Positions 15,799 through 24,239 of a stretch of 32,000 bases of DNA are shown here, piece by piece. This DNA is from Ferroglobus placidus DSM 10642 (lineage in GTDB: Archaea > Halobacteriota > Archaeoglobi > Archaeoglobales > Archaeoglobaceae): positions 2,130,001 to 2,162,000 of the forward strand of contig NC_013849.1 in assembly GCF_000025505.1 (NCBI RefSeq), written 5' to 3'. The notes below the pieces were generated by a model, which was given only the letters and a program-made list of their open reading frames with translations, was not told where the DNA came from and searched no databases. Made by a program: the position numbers and the translations under genes. Numbering within the stretch: position 1 is the first letter of the stretch; each line of letters begins with the position of its first letter.

Positions 15799-16620
15799 TT
15801 ATCTTCCTCTCTCGACTAAGTAGATTCCCAGAATTGTTAGGAATCCGCCGAAGATCTTTCTTGCTGTAAACTCCTCGGAAAAAACGAAGTAAGACATTAC
15901 AGCGGTAAGGAGAGGAATTAGGTAAACGAAAACCGAAGTTCTGGCAGCTCCTATTTTTTCAACGCAGTAATACCACACAACGTAGCCGACGACGGAGCAT
16001 AAAATGGCTAAGTAAACCACAGATATCCACGTAAGCGTTTTACTCGGAAGCTCAAGAGGAAATATCGAGAAGAAGGGGACGAGAGTAACTATGCCAAAAA
16101 GGAAGGAGTAGAAGACGATTTCGAAGCTCGAATACTTCTCAAAGAGCGGTTTTGCGTAAACAGTGTAGATAGCCCACAGGATTCCGTTTCCTATGACCAT
16201 CAAATCACCGATTAGCGATAAAGCGAAGTCTCTTTTGAAAAGTATGAGGACTATGCCGAGAAAAGACAATACTATCCCCGCCTTTTGCTTTGAAGAAAGT
16301 CTTTCCTTTGACATCGCAGCTATGAAGAGAACCGAGGTGTTTATTAAAATCGAAGCGTTCGTTGGAGTGGTGTAATACAAAGCCGAGAACTGCAGAATGT
16401 ACAGCAAAGATACTCCACTCACGCCGAGAACGACGAATCTGAGCGCATCTTTAAAATCCAACATCTTTTTAACAAAGGGAACAAGAAAAATCGTTGCGAG
16501 AGAGAAGCGGTAGAGCGTTAGGGATGCCGGGTTAATATCGGAGATAGCGAGTTTGATGAAAATAAAGCTGCCTGCCCAGAAAACCATCACTGAAAGAAGT
16601 AAAAAATACAGTAAAATCAT
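15799..16620 (-). CDS. EamA/DMT-superfamily transporter
   Basis: It has about ten hydrophobic helices in two EamA-like halves. Its ATG overlaps the S3Ae stop (TAATG). Confidence 0.8.
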   Translation of the reverse strand: MILLYFLLLSVMVFWAGSFIFIKLAISDINPASLTLYRFSLATIFLVPFVKKMLDFKDALRFVVLGVSGVSLLYILQFSALYYTTPTNASILINTSVLFIAAMSKERLSSKQKAGIVLSFLGIVLILFKRDFALSLIGDLMVIGNGILWAIYTVYAKPLFEKYSSFEIVFYSFLFGIVTLVPFFSIFPLELPSKTLTWISVVYLAILCSVVGYVVWYYCVEKIGAARTSVFVYLIPLLTAVMSYFVFSEEFTARKIFGGFLTILGIYLVERGR

Positions 16621-17255
16621 TAAGCTACAGCTTCTGCTGCTTCGGCAACCTTCTCTTCAACAACTTTCGGCTCTGAAAGCAGCTCGATCTTTCTAATCTC
16701 CACTCTCCTCAGCGGATAAATCTTCTTCGCGTTCTTGTAAATCTCAGCCGGTATTTTTCCGAGAACAGCTTCCTGCAAGAACTGGACGAATTTCTCCTTG
16801 CTTGCGGTGTTCGTGACGATCTCTCTCATTATTTTTCTTATCGCTCTCTTTTGTGAGCTCTGGCATCTCTTGACAGTGAAAGCTACGCTCTTCACTCTCA
16901 GCTTGTATCCGTCGGCAGTTGTAACGTCGACGATGTCCTCTATCTTGCTCGTCCTCCTCCTCGTTAGACTGTTGAGGTAGTCCCTCATCAACTCGAACTC
17001 GTGGAATTTCGTGTAGGCGTTCTCTCCAGCGACCTTGTAAACCTTGAACTTTAGCTTCTTGTAGGGATTCTGATTCGAATAGTCGTTGGTGAGTTCGGCT
17101 AAAGTTATCTCCACAGTCCTTCCTATAACTTTTTCCTCGCTATCAGCTGGAGTGTAGCCTACTTCCGCATATCCAAAATACTCAGGAGCGATTAGAGTGA
17201 ACCACTTCTTTGACGCCCACTTATCCTTAACCCTCGCTCTCCTCTTCCTTGCCAT
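16620..17255 (-). CDS. rps3ae: 30S ribosomal protein S3Ae (eS1)
   Basis: The N-terminus MARKRRARVKDKWASKKWF..IAP is characteristic. SD GAGGTG lies 5 nt upstream of the ATG. Confidence 0.93.
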   Translation of the reverse strand: MARKRRARVKDKWASKKWFTLIAPEYFGYAEVGYTPADSEEKVIGRTVEITLAELTNDYSNQNPYKKLKFKVYKVAGENAYTKFHEFELMRDYLNSLTRRRTSKIEDIVDVTTADGYKLRVKSVAFTVKRCQSSQKRAIRKIMREIVTNTASKEKFVQFLQEAVLGKIPAEIYKNAKKIYPLRRVEIRKIELLSEPKVVEEKVAEAAEAVA

Positions 17256-17297
17256 TTCAACACCTCTCAGGCAAGTTTTTCTCTCAATTAATAAACC

Positions 17298-18095
17298 TTA
17301 TCGTTGACTGAGTTTTCCAGTTCTGTAACCTTCGAGGTCGAGCAGCACAGCCTTAAATCCGAGGGATCTAAGCTTGGGAACTATCTTATCAACTATCTCT
17401 TTGTTTAAAAGCTTTTCAACCTCATCTTCGCCGACTTCTATGACCGCTCTACCGTCTATCTTCCTCACCCTAACCTGCCTAACTCCGGCAACTTCTATTA
17501 TGTGGTTTTCAGCTTCGTCCACCATTTTCAGCGAAACCTCGTCGATTGGTGTGTTGAACGGAATTCTCGAAGATAAACAAGCTACGCTCGGCTTATTCCA
17601 GAACGAGTAACCTTTCATTTTTGCTATTTCTCTAATTTCCTCCTTCGTAAAGCCGAAGATTGCCCAAGGACTGTAAACGTCTTCTAATTCTACTACCGCT
17701 CTGTATCCGGGTCTGTGCCCTTGCAGTTCGCTCGCGTTAGTTCCCTCGAAAACGGCTTCGTATCCTTCTTTTTCGGCGATTTTTTTCAGTGAAGTTAAAA
17801 CCATTCTCTTGCAGAAGTAGCATCTGTCCTCGGTGTTCCTAACGAAGTTCTCATCTTCAAGTTCGTTCAACTCGTGAAATCTGTGTTTCAGATTTAGCTC
17901 TCTCGCTATCCTTTCAGCATCTCTTATCTCCCTCGAAGGTGTTGTGGGGGAGATTATCGTTACAGCGAGAACTTCCGTAAGTTCGTTAGCCAGTCCGGCT
18001 AATGTCGAGCTGTCGACTCCTCCGCTGAATGCTACAACGACGCTTTCAAAATTCGAAATGAACTTTTCAAGTTTTTTGAGCTTTGCTTCGTTCAT
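17298..18095 (-). CDS. PP-loop ATP pyrophosphatase, LarE / TIGR00268-like sulfur transferase
   Basis: It has the PP-loop AFSGGVDSS and exactly three Cys (RCYFCK and VACLSSR). I prefer ATG 18095 (MNEAKLKKL) to TTG 18119. Confidence 0.75.
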   Translation of the reverse strand: MNEAKLKKLEKFISNFESVVVAFSGGVDSSTLAGLANELTEVLAVTIISPTTPSREIRDAERIARELNLKHRFHELNELEDENFVRNTEDRCYFCKRMVLTSLKKIAEKEGYEAVFEGTNASELQGHRPGYRAVVELEDVYSPWAIFGFTKEEIREIAKMKGYSFWNKPSVACLSSRIPFNTPIDEVSLKMVDEAENHIIEVAGVRQVRVRKIDGRAVIEVGEDEVEKLLNKEIVDKIVPKLRSLGFKAVLLDLEGYRTGKLSQR

Positions 18096-18525
18096 ATATT
18101 TGGTATGCGAAGTTTGCAAGGTTTATAAGGTCTTGCCTGTATTCGGAAGAGTAGCCGAGCATGACCAACTTCTCCCCGTTATACGTTATCGGGGTTCCGT
18201 TGGGATAAAGGAAGTGAAACTCAGGAGTGCCCGTTGCCCCGAACTTTTTAGCGAGATCCCTTTCTCTTACGTAGTCCACCTCTACTATCACGAACTTGCT
18301 CAAAGCGAGCTTCAAATCTTCGTATTTTTCGAAGTCCTCTTTGAATATCGTGCAGTAAACGCAGCTTTCAGAGTCAATTATGAGAAGAATTGGCTTGTTT
18401 TCCTTGGCTGCTACTTTCAACCCTTCTTCGTAGCTGTAAAAATTCACGTTTGGAGTTGACTGGAAGCTGAAGAGTAAGAAGGAGGCGCCGACAGCTATTA
18501 GTATTAAAGCAGCTATCGACCTCAC
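18067..18525 (-). CDS. Membrane-anchored thioredoxin-fold protein (CxxC)
   Basis: An N-terminal hydrophobic anchor (AALILIAVGASFLLF) is followed by a thioredoxin-like core with CVYC. It has a GTG start and overlaps the downstream LarE-like start. Confidence 0.65.
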   Translation of the reverse strand: MRSIAALILIAVGASFLLFSFQSTPNVNFYSYEEGLKVAAKENKPILLIIDSESCVYCTIFKEDFEKYEDLKLALSKFVIVEVDYVRERDLAKKFGATGTPEFHFLYPNGTPITYNGEKLVMLGYSSEYRQDLINLANFAYQIYERSKAQKT

Positions 18526-18598
18526 GGAAGGAAATTTAGCGGATAATATTTAAATTTTCCCCACCATTGATTTTTTACGCAAAAGCTCATCTCTTTTC

Positions 18599-19048
18599 AT
18601 GCCACTGCAAGTCGGTGTCATAGGAAGCGGGGATTGTTACGAAGACGTCTGCGAGATTGCCGAAAGAGTGGGAGAGCTTCTTGCCGAGAGAAAGTGCGTG
18701 ATTATAAACGGAGGGCTTTTCGGAGTTATGGAAGCTGTGAGCAGAGGAGCTAAGAGAAAAGGGGGTTTCGTGGTAGGTATCGTCCCGGGAAAAAGCAAAG
18801 AGGAGGCGAACAAGTACTGCGATATAGTCATAGCCACAAACATGGGGCACGCGAGAAATATGATAATCGTTCATTCGAGCGACGTTCTTATAGCCATCGG
18901 CGGAGGATACGGGACGATTTCGGAAATGGCTATAGCTTTAAAAGAGGGAAAGAGGGTAGTTGGAATAAAAACTCCCGTAAAGCTGCCGGGGTTAATTGAA
19001 GCTAAAACGGCTGAAGAAGCGGTGGACATTGCTTTAGGAAAAAGTTAA
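18599..19048 (+). CDS. TIGR00725 / LOG-like (lysine-decarboxylase-family) Rossmann protein
   Basis: It has the blocks VGVIGSG, INGGLFGVMEAVSRGA and IAIGGGYGTISEMAIAL. Confidence 0.8.
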   Translation: MPLQVGVIGSGDCYEDVCEIAERVGELLAERKCVIINGGLFGVMEAVSRGAKRKGGFVVGIVPGKSKEEANKYCDIVIATNMGHARNMIIVHSSDVLIAIGGGYGTISEMAIALKEGKRVVGIKTPVKLPGLIEAKTAEEAVDIALGKS

Positions 19049-19072
19049 TATCTCAAGATCGTCTTTTTAACT

Positions 19073-19483
19073 ATGAAAATTCTTGAGTTCGAGGTCGAGA
19101 GGGATGGCATGGTCGACTTAACTGAGGAGGTAAGGAAGTTCGTGAAAGAAAGTAAGGTTGACAGCGGAGCAGTCCTCGTTTTCTCCGTAGGCTCTACTGG
19201 AGCGATCACAACGATAGAATACGAGCCGGGATTAAAAAAAGATCTTCCGGCTATAATGGAGAAAATAGCTCCTTACAGCTACCCCTACGAGCATCACAAA
19301 ACTTGGGGCGACGATAACGGATCTTCCCACGTAAAATCTTCTATAATTGGTCCGAGCGTTGTGATACCCTTCAAGAACAAAGAGTTAATGCTCGGAACTT
19401 GGCAGCAGGTGGTTCTGATAAACTTCGACACGAGGAAGAGAAGGAGAAAAGTCGTTCTGCAAATTCTAAGGGGAGAAGAATGA
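19073..19483 (+). CDS. YjbQ/UPF0047 family protein (secondary thiamine-phosphate synthase enzyme)
   Basis: Typical UPF0047 blocks are present: VFSVGSTGAITTIEYEPGL, NGSSHVKSS, LGTWQQVVLINFD. Confidence 0.85.
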   Translation: MKILEFEVERDGMVDLTEEVRKFVKESKVDSGAVLVFSVGSTGAITTIEYEPGLKKDLPAIMEKIAPYSYPYEHHKTWGDDNGSSHVKSSIIGPSVVIPFKNKELMLGTWQQVVLINFDTRKRRRKVVLQILRGEE

Positions 19484-21330
19484 TCCATCCGATTCTATCA
19501 GCTTTAATTTTCGCGGGAGTCAACTTTTATTTCAACCAGCTCGGAAAGCCTGTTTACATCTCAAGATTTTTGAGTCTTATACTCATATCTTTCATCTCCT
19601 TCTTTCTCTCCTTCTTCTTAAGCTTTCACCTCGCCTTCACCGTAGCTTTCCTCATCGTCGTTGCTGCAATAGCTTTGAGAATTTACTCAGGTGGCTTTGT
19701 CGTGGAGTGGAAGAACGACGCGATCTTCTACTCAACCTACTTCTTCTTCCTCTTCCTTCGTTCTCTCGTTCCTGAAGCGATGGGAGCTGAGAAGCTCATG
19801 GACTTCGCCTTTTTAAGCTCGACTTTTTACGCTGAAAGGTTTCCTCCTCTCGATCCCTTTTTCGCCGGAGGAAAGCTCGACTTCTACTATTACTTCGGCT
19901 ACGTTATAGCTGCCGTAATAACGAAGATTTCTCTAACAACTCCGGATTACGGCTTCAACATAGCGATGGCGTCAATTCCGGCTTACACGTTGTCTATCCT
20001 CTTCGGATTCTTCAGGGAATTTAACCTGGACAAGAGAGTTTTAGCCTTGGTGCCGCTAATTTCCGGAAATCCTCACTCCGTTTACGAGTTCTTTCAGAGC
20101 GTTTTGAGCGGAAAGCTTCCGGGATTTCTGTACTACTGGAATTCGACGAGAATCATTCCGGACGAAACCTACAGGTTCGTCATAACCGAATTTCCGTACT
20201 TCAGCTTCATTCACGCTGATCTCCACGCTCACGTTGTTGCCATCCCGGTAAAAATTTTGTTTTTAGCGATCCTCTACTACATCTACAAAGATGGAAGATA
20301 CGCTTTCCTCTTGCCAATTTTACTGTTCGTAAGCTACGCGACGAATTCCTGGGACTTTCCGGCATTTTTGCTCTTATCTTTACTCGTCGTCCTTAAAAGA
20401 AGGGGGATCTCTTACCTCTACTTCACCCTCGGCTTGTTGATCGTAGCAGTTTACGCTTCAACGATGAACGTCAAAGCCGGATTCTTCTTCACGTCAGAAA
20501 GAACGAATTTCAAAGAATTTCTTATGTACTGGGGTTTCATTCTGCTCCTCAGCTACGTTTACTTCAGAGAGGAAATCGAAAAGGTTCCACACTTTCTAAT
20601 AGCTCTGATTCTTGCGGTAATTTCCCCAATCTTTTTGCTTATCCCCCTCGCTTTGTACTCGCTGATGAGGAGAGATTTCGTTTCCTACCTCGTTCTCGTG
20701 GCTGTTCTTTTCGTAGCTTCCTGCGAATTCTTCGCTATAGACAGCAGGATGAACACGTACTTCAAATTCTACATTCTCTCCTGGGTTTTGCTGAGCATTC
20801 CAGCCGGAATCTCCCTGGTGCAAATTTATGAAAAGAAGAAAGCGTTAGCCTTGGTTTTAGCTGCTTTAATGCTGATCTATCCAGTTGTGGCAACTCCCGT
20901 GAGGCATTACAAAGCTGAGCTGACGCTCGATGCAACGAAGTTCCTCAAGGAATACAGCAGGGGAGATTACGAGGCTGCGATGTGGCTTAGAGGAAAAGAT
21001 GGAAGCGTTATAATCGAAGCTGCTGGAGACTGCTACACGCTCGGAGGGAGAATTGCTGCCATTTCCGGTAAGCAAGCTGTCGTGGCTTGGCAGTGCCATG
21101 AGGTGCAGTGGAGGAAGAACGGTTTGGAGCTGGCAGAGAGGATAGAGGACGTTAGAAAGGTTTACGAGTACGGAAACTGCTCCTTGACGAATAGCATAGC
21201 GGAGAAGTATAACGCAAGTTACATCATTCTTGGAAAATTTGAAAGGGAAATGTACAGAGTGAGGGAGAATTTCAGCTGCTTCGAACTCGTTTTCTCCTTC
21301 GAGGGGACGAAGGTTTATGCGAAAAGGTAA
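19480..21330 (+). CDS. DUF2298 (chlor_Arch_YYY) polytopic membrane protein, GT-C-like
   Basis: It has many TM helices, a DFYYYFGY motif and a soluble C-terminal domain. I prefer ATG 19480, which overlaps the yjbQ stop (ATGA). The track start at 19399 lies inside yjbQ. Confidence 0.7.
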   Translation: MIHPILSALIFAGVNFYFNQLGKPVYISRFLSLILISFISFFLSFFLSFHLAFTVAFLIVVAAIALRIYSGGFVVEWKNDAIFYSTYFFFLFLRSLVPEAMGAEKLMDFAFLSSTFYAERFPPLDPFFAGGKLDFYYYFGYVIAAVITKISLTTPDYGFNIAMASIPAYTLSILFGFFREFNLDKRVLALVPLISGNPHSVYEFFQSVLSGKLPGFLYYWNSTRIIPDETYRFVITEFPYFSFIHADLHAHVVAIPVKILFLAILYYIYKDGRYAFLLPILLFVSYATNSWDFPAFLLLSLLVVLKRRGISYLYFTLGLLIVAVYASTMNVKAGFFFTSERTNFKEFLMYWGFILLLSYVYFREEIEKVPHFLIALILAVISPIFLLIPLALYSLMRRDFVSYLVLVAVLFVASCEFFAIDSRMNTYFKFYILSWVLLSIPAGISLVQIYEKKKALALVLAALMLIYPVVATPVRHYKAELTLDATKFLKEYSRGDYEAAMWLRGKDGSVIIEAAGDCYTLGGRIAAISGKQAVVAWQCHEVQWRKNGLELAERIEDVRKVYEYGNCSLTNSIAEKYNASYIILGKFEREMYRVRENFSCFELVFSFEGTKVYAKR

Positions 21331-21358
21331 TATTCAGAAATGAGCTTTCTTGAAGCTA

Positions 21359-22192
21359 ATGATCATTCCGGGAAGCAACGGCTTTTTAGCCGTTAAAATT
21401 GCCAGAATTTGCGGGGAGAATTTGCATTTAATAGAACTTGAAAAGCTTAAATACGGGGAAAAGTACGTAAGACTGACTTTTGATGTTGAAGGAGAAGACG
21501 TGTACCTCGTGAACACGTTTCATCCAAATCCGGACGAAATATTCCTCGAAAACCTCTTCGTTGCCGAAGCTTTAAAAGAGTACGGGGCTAAAAGAATTTA
21601 CGGGATTTTCCCCTACATAGCTTATTCGAAAAAGGGTAGAAAGTTGATAAAAGGAGAACTGCCTCCTTTAAAAGTTCTTTCGAAGCTTTACGACGTTTTT
21701 GAAAAAATATACTCAGTCAACTTTTCGGGGGAGATGGATGTAGTGAACATCTCCGCTGCGGAGCTCATAGGAGAGTATTTCGCCGATAAGCTTGGAGAGA
21801 AGTGCATAGTGATCTCCCCGGACGAAACTTCCGAAGAGCTTGCAAAAGGAGTTGCTGAGAAGCTTGGCACAGATTACGAGCTGATGAAGAAAATCAGAGT
21901 TGACGCCGAGAACGTTATAGTTTCGGCTAAGAAAATGAACCTCGACGGCTACGAGGTTCTTTTGGTGGACGATCTCATTTACACTGGAAGCTCGATGGTG
22001 CAGGCGATTAAAATCGTAAAAAGGAGCAACGCGAAGAGAATCTTCGTTTCTTGCGTTCACGCTCTCGCGGACATGCGAGATCTTCTCAACATATACGTTT
22101 CCGGGGCAGACGAAATTGTTGCAACAGACACGGTTTTAAGCTACGTGAGCAAGATAAGCGTAGCGGAGCTTCTCGCTGAAAAGGTTTTCTGA
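21359..22192 (+). CDS. prs: Ribose-phosphate pyrophosphokinase family protein (archaeal short form), divergent
   Basis: It has the PRTase loop VLLVDDLIYTGSSM and the tail ATDTVLSYVSKISVAE, collinear with archaeal Prs. The usual YARQD(R/K)K and DxH motifs read YSKKGRK and NFSGEM here. I prefer ATG 21359 to TTG 21350. Confidence 0.65.
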   Translation: MIIPGSNGFLAVKIARICGENLHLIELEKLKYGEKYVRLTFDVEGEDVYLVNTFHPNPDEIFLENLFVAEALKEYGAKRIYGIFPYIAYSKKGRKLIKGELPPLKVLSKLYDVFEKIYSVNFSGEMDVVNISAAELIGEYFADKLGEKCIVISPDETSEELAKGVAEKLGTDYELMKKIRVDAENVIVSAKKMNLDGYEVLLVDDLIYTGSSMVQAIKIVKRSNAKRIFVSCVHALADMRDLLNIYVSGADEIVATDTVLSYVSKISVAELLAEKVF

Positions 22193-22615
22193 TCACTTTA
22201 TTTTATCAAGAACTATAGCCGGACAGACTCTCTTTACACCTTCTATCTTTCCGACGATTTCTGAAAGAATTTTCGTCAGCTCGTCTCCGTTCTTTGCAAC
22301 TATCTCCGCCATTATCATGTGATCCCCGCTCGTGATGTAAAGGGATTTGACGAAGTCGTAGTCCTTTAGCTTTTTGGCAACGTCCAAGAATTTGTCCGGC
22401 TCGGTATCCACTCCCGTTAGTGAGATAACTCCGTATCCGGCTTTTTCGTAATCGATTATTGCCGTGTAACCTTTTATTATCCCTCTCTCCTCCAAGTTTT
22501 TCAACCTCTTCCTCACGGCAGCCTCCGAAATTCCGAGTTCCTTTGCAATTTCAGTTAGCGTCGCTCTTCCATTTTTCACGAGAATTTCGACGATTTTTCT
22601 GTCTCTCTCGTCCAT
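22193..22615 (-). CDS. Lrp/AsnC-family transcriptional regulator
   Basis: The HTH is [47 protein letters not shown], followed by a RAM/ACT-like C-terminal domain. The true start is ATG 22615. The track ORF extension to 22855 is non-homologous. Confidence 0.9.
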   Translation of the reverse strand: MDERDRKIVEILVKNGRATLTEIAKELGISEAAVRKRLKNLEERGIIKGYTAIIDYEKAGYGVISLTGVDTEPDKFLDVAKKLKDYDFVKSLYITSGDHMIMAEIVAKNGDELTKILSEIVGKIEGVKRVCPAIVLDKIK

Positions 22616-22681
22616 TGAAGTGTATTTTTCCGTGATAAAATTTAAATTTTTCCACTCGAAGTAAATAATTGAAACCAAAAA

Positions 22682-22710
22682 AGTTAAATATTCGAAACGA
22701 ATAGTTAAAT
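22682..22710. promoter_or_regulatory. Operator-like architecture: AGTTAAAT - ATTCGAAACGAAT (5-3-5 inverted repeat) - AGTTAAAT
   Basis: This was read directly from the sequence. The first AGTTAAAT doubles as a TATA-like box about 26 nt upstream of the rubrerythrin start cluster (22711-22723), and the palindrome sits between the TATA box and the predicted TSS. Confidence 0.35.
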
Positions 22711-22716
22711 TTGGTG

Positions 22717-23223
22717 ATGCAGATGAGGGAGATGACGAAGAAGTCTTTGAGCGAAGCTTTTGCCGGAGAGAGCCAGGCGCACATGAGGTATCTGATATTT
22801 GCGCAGAAAGCGAGAGAGGAAGGATTCGAGAACGTGGCGAGGCTGTTCGAAGCAATAGCTTTTGCCGAATTCGTGCACGCGAGAAACCACCTCGAAGCTC
22901 TGGAGCTCGTTGGAGAAACGAAGGAAAACCTTCAAACGGCTATAAACGGTGAGACCTTCGAAGTTGACGAGATGTATCCGGCGTACAATGCAATAGCCGA
23001 GCTTCAGAACGAGGGGAGAGCGAAAAGAAGCATAAGGTACGCTCTTGAGGCTGAAAAAATACATGCGGCGCTGTATTCGAAGGCAAAGCAGGCGGTTGAG
23101 GAAGGAAAGGACGTTGAAGTGGGAGACATCTACATCTGCGAAGTCTGCGGATACACGAGCGAAAGCTTGCCAGATAGATGTCCGATTTGCGGAGCTACCA
23201 AAGACAAATTCAAAAAGTTTTAG
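22717..23223 (+). CDS. rbr: Rubrerythrin
   Basis: A ferritin-like diiron domain ([20 protein letters not shown]) is followed by a C-terminal rubredoxin-like CEVCGY...CPICG. The start is ambiguous among 22711 (TTG), 22717, 22723 and 22732 (ATGs). Confidence 0.9.
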   Translation: MQMREMTKKSLSEAFAGESQAHMRYLIFAQKAREEGFENVARLFEAIAFAEFVHARNHLEALELVGETKENLQTAINGETFEVDEMYPAYNAIAELQNEGRAKRSIRYALEAEKIHAALYSKAKQAVEEGKDVEVGDIYICEVCGYTSESLPDRCPICGATKDKFKKF

Positions 23224-23278
23224 CGAAACAGAAAGATTTTTACCTTACTAAATTTTTATTTAATACCGAGGTGATAAG

Positions 23279-23695
23279 ATGGTAAGCGAGAAGCTTAAAA
23301 GTTTGCTGAACGACGCTATAGCGAGGGAAATACAGGTTTCGATTCAGTACCTCTGGCAGCACGTTTTGGCAAAAGGCTTTGAAGGGGAAACCGTAAAAGG
23401 AAAGTTGAAGGAGATTGCCATAACAGAAATGAAGCATGCCGAGGCTATAGCCGAGAGGTTGGCTTATCTCGGAGGAACTCCCACGACGAAGCCAACGCCG
23501 ATTACGATAGGTAACACTGTAAGAGAAATGATAGAAATAGACAAAAAAGAGGAAGAGAAGGCAATAGAGCTCTACAAGGAGATAATAAAAGTGGCAAGAG
23601 AGGAAGGAGACATCACGACTGCGAGGCTTTTCGAGGAAATTCTCGCGGACGAAGAAGAACATCACGACTTCTTCTCTTCGGTGCTGGAGGGCTAA
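23279..23695 (+). CDS. Ferritin-like / bacterioferritin-family diiron protein
   Basis: It has a four-helix-bundle pattern with AREIQVSIQY, EMKHAE and ADEEEHHDFF. SD GAGGTGAT lies 5 nt upstream of the ATG. Confidence 0.8.
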   Translation: MVSEKLKSLLNDAIAREIQVSIQYLWQHVLAKGFEGETVKGKLKEIAITEMKHAEAIAERLAYLGGTPTTKPTPITIGNTVREMIEIDKKEEEKAIELYKEIIKVAREEGDITTARLFEEILADEEEHHDFFSSVLEG

Positions 23696-23700
23696 ATTGT

Positions 23701-24201
23701 ATGAAAACCGAGGGGAATTTAAAAGCTGCTTTCGCCGGAGAGAGTCAGGCGCACGTCAAATACTTAATTTTTGCAGAGCTGGCAAGAGAAAAGGGATTGA
23801 GAAATCTCGCAAGGGTTTTCGAAGCCTTCGCTTTTTCAGAGTTCGTCCACGCGAAAAACCACTTCAAAAACTTAGAAAGCGTTGAAGACCCGGTAAAAGC
23901 TCTCGACGAAGCGATTAAGGGAGAGACTTACGAAGTGGAAGAGATGTATCCGAAGTTCTACGAGGAAGCAATAAAGGAAAAGGAGAAGAAAGCTGCCACG
24001 TCCTTTAGGTGGGCGATGGAAACGGAGAAAAAGCATGCAGAGATTTACAAAGAGTTGAAAATACTTGTCGAAAGCGGGAGAGACAAAGCTTACGACAAGA
24101 AAATCTACGTTTGCCCGGTTTGCGGATACATCTTCGTCGAAACACCTCCGGACGTCTGTCCTATTTGCAGCGTCGGAAAAGAGAAGTTCAAAGAGTTTTA
24201 G
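23701..24201 (+). CDS. rbr: Rubrerythrin (second paralog)
   Basis: It contains [20 protein letters not shown] and the C-terminal CPVCGY...CPICS. Confidence 0.9.
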   Translation: MKTEGNLKAAFAGESQAHVKYLIFAELAREKGLRNLARVFEAFAFSEFVHAKNHFKNLESVEDPVKALDEAIKGETYEVEEMYPKFYEEAIKEKEKKAATSFRWAMETEKKHAEIYKELKILVESGRDKAYDKKIYVCPVCGYIFVETPPDVCPICSVGKEKFKEF

Positions 24202-24214
24202 CACCCAAAATTAA

Positions 24215-24220
24215 TTTTTT
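24215..24220 (+). terminator. Oligo-T tract (T6) downstream of the rubrerythrin cluster
   Basis: The T6 run lies 14 nt after stop 24201. Archaeal intrinsic terminators are oligo-T tracts. No hairpin is required or seen. Confidence 0.25.
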
Positions 24221-24239
24221 GGAATAGATTGGCAGGCTT

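Noticed and set aside
22616-22855. 80-codon N-terminal extension of the Lrp ORF, and ORF 22705..23064 antisense to rubrerythrin
   Set aside because: Lrp homology begins at [12 protein letters not shown] (ATG 22615). The extension crosses the AT-rich promoter region and the rubrerythrin 5' end.
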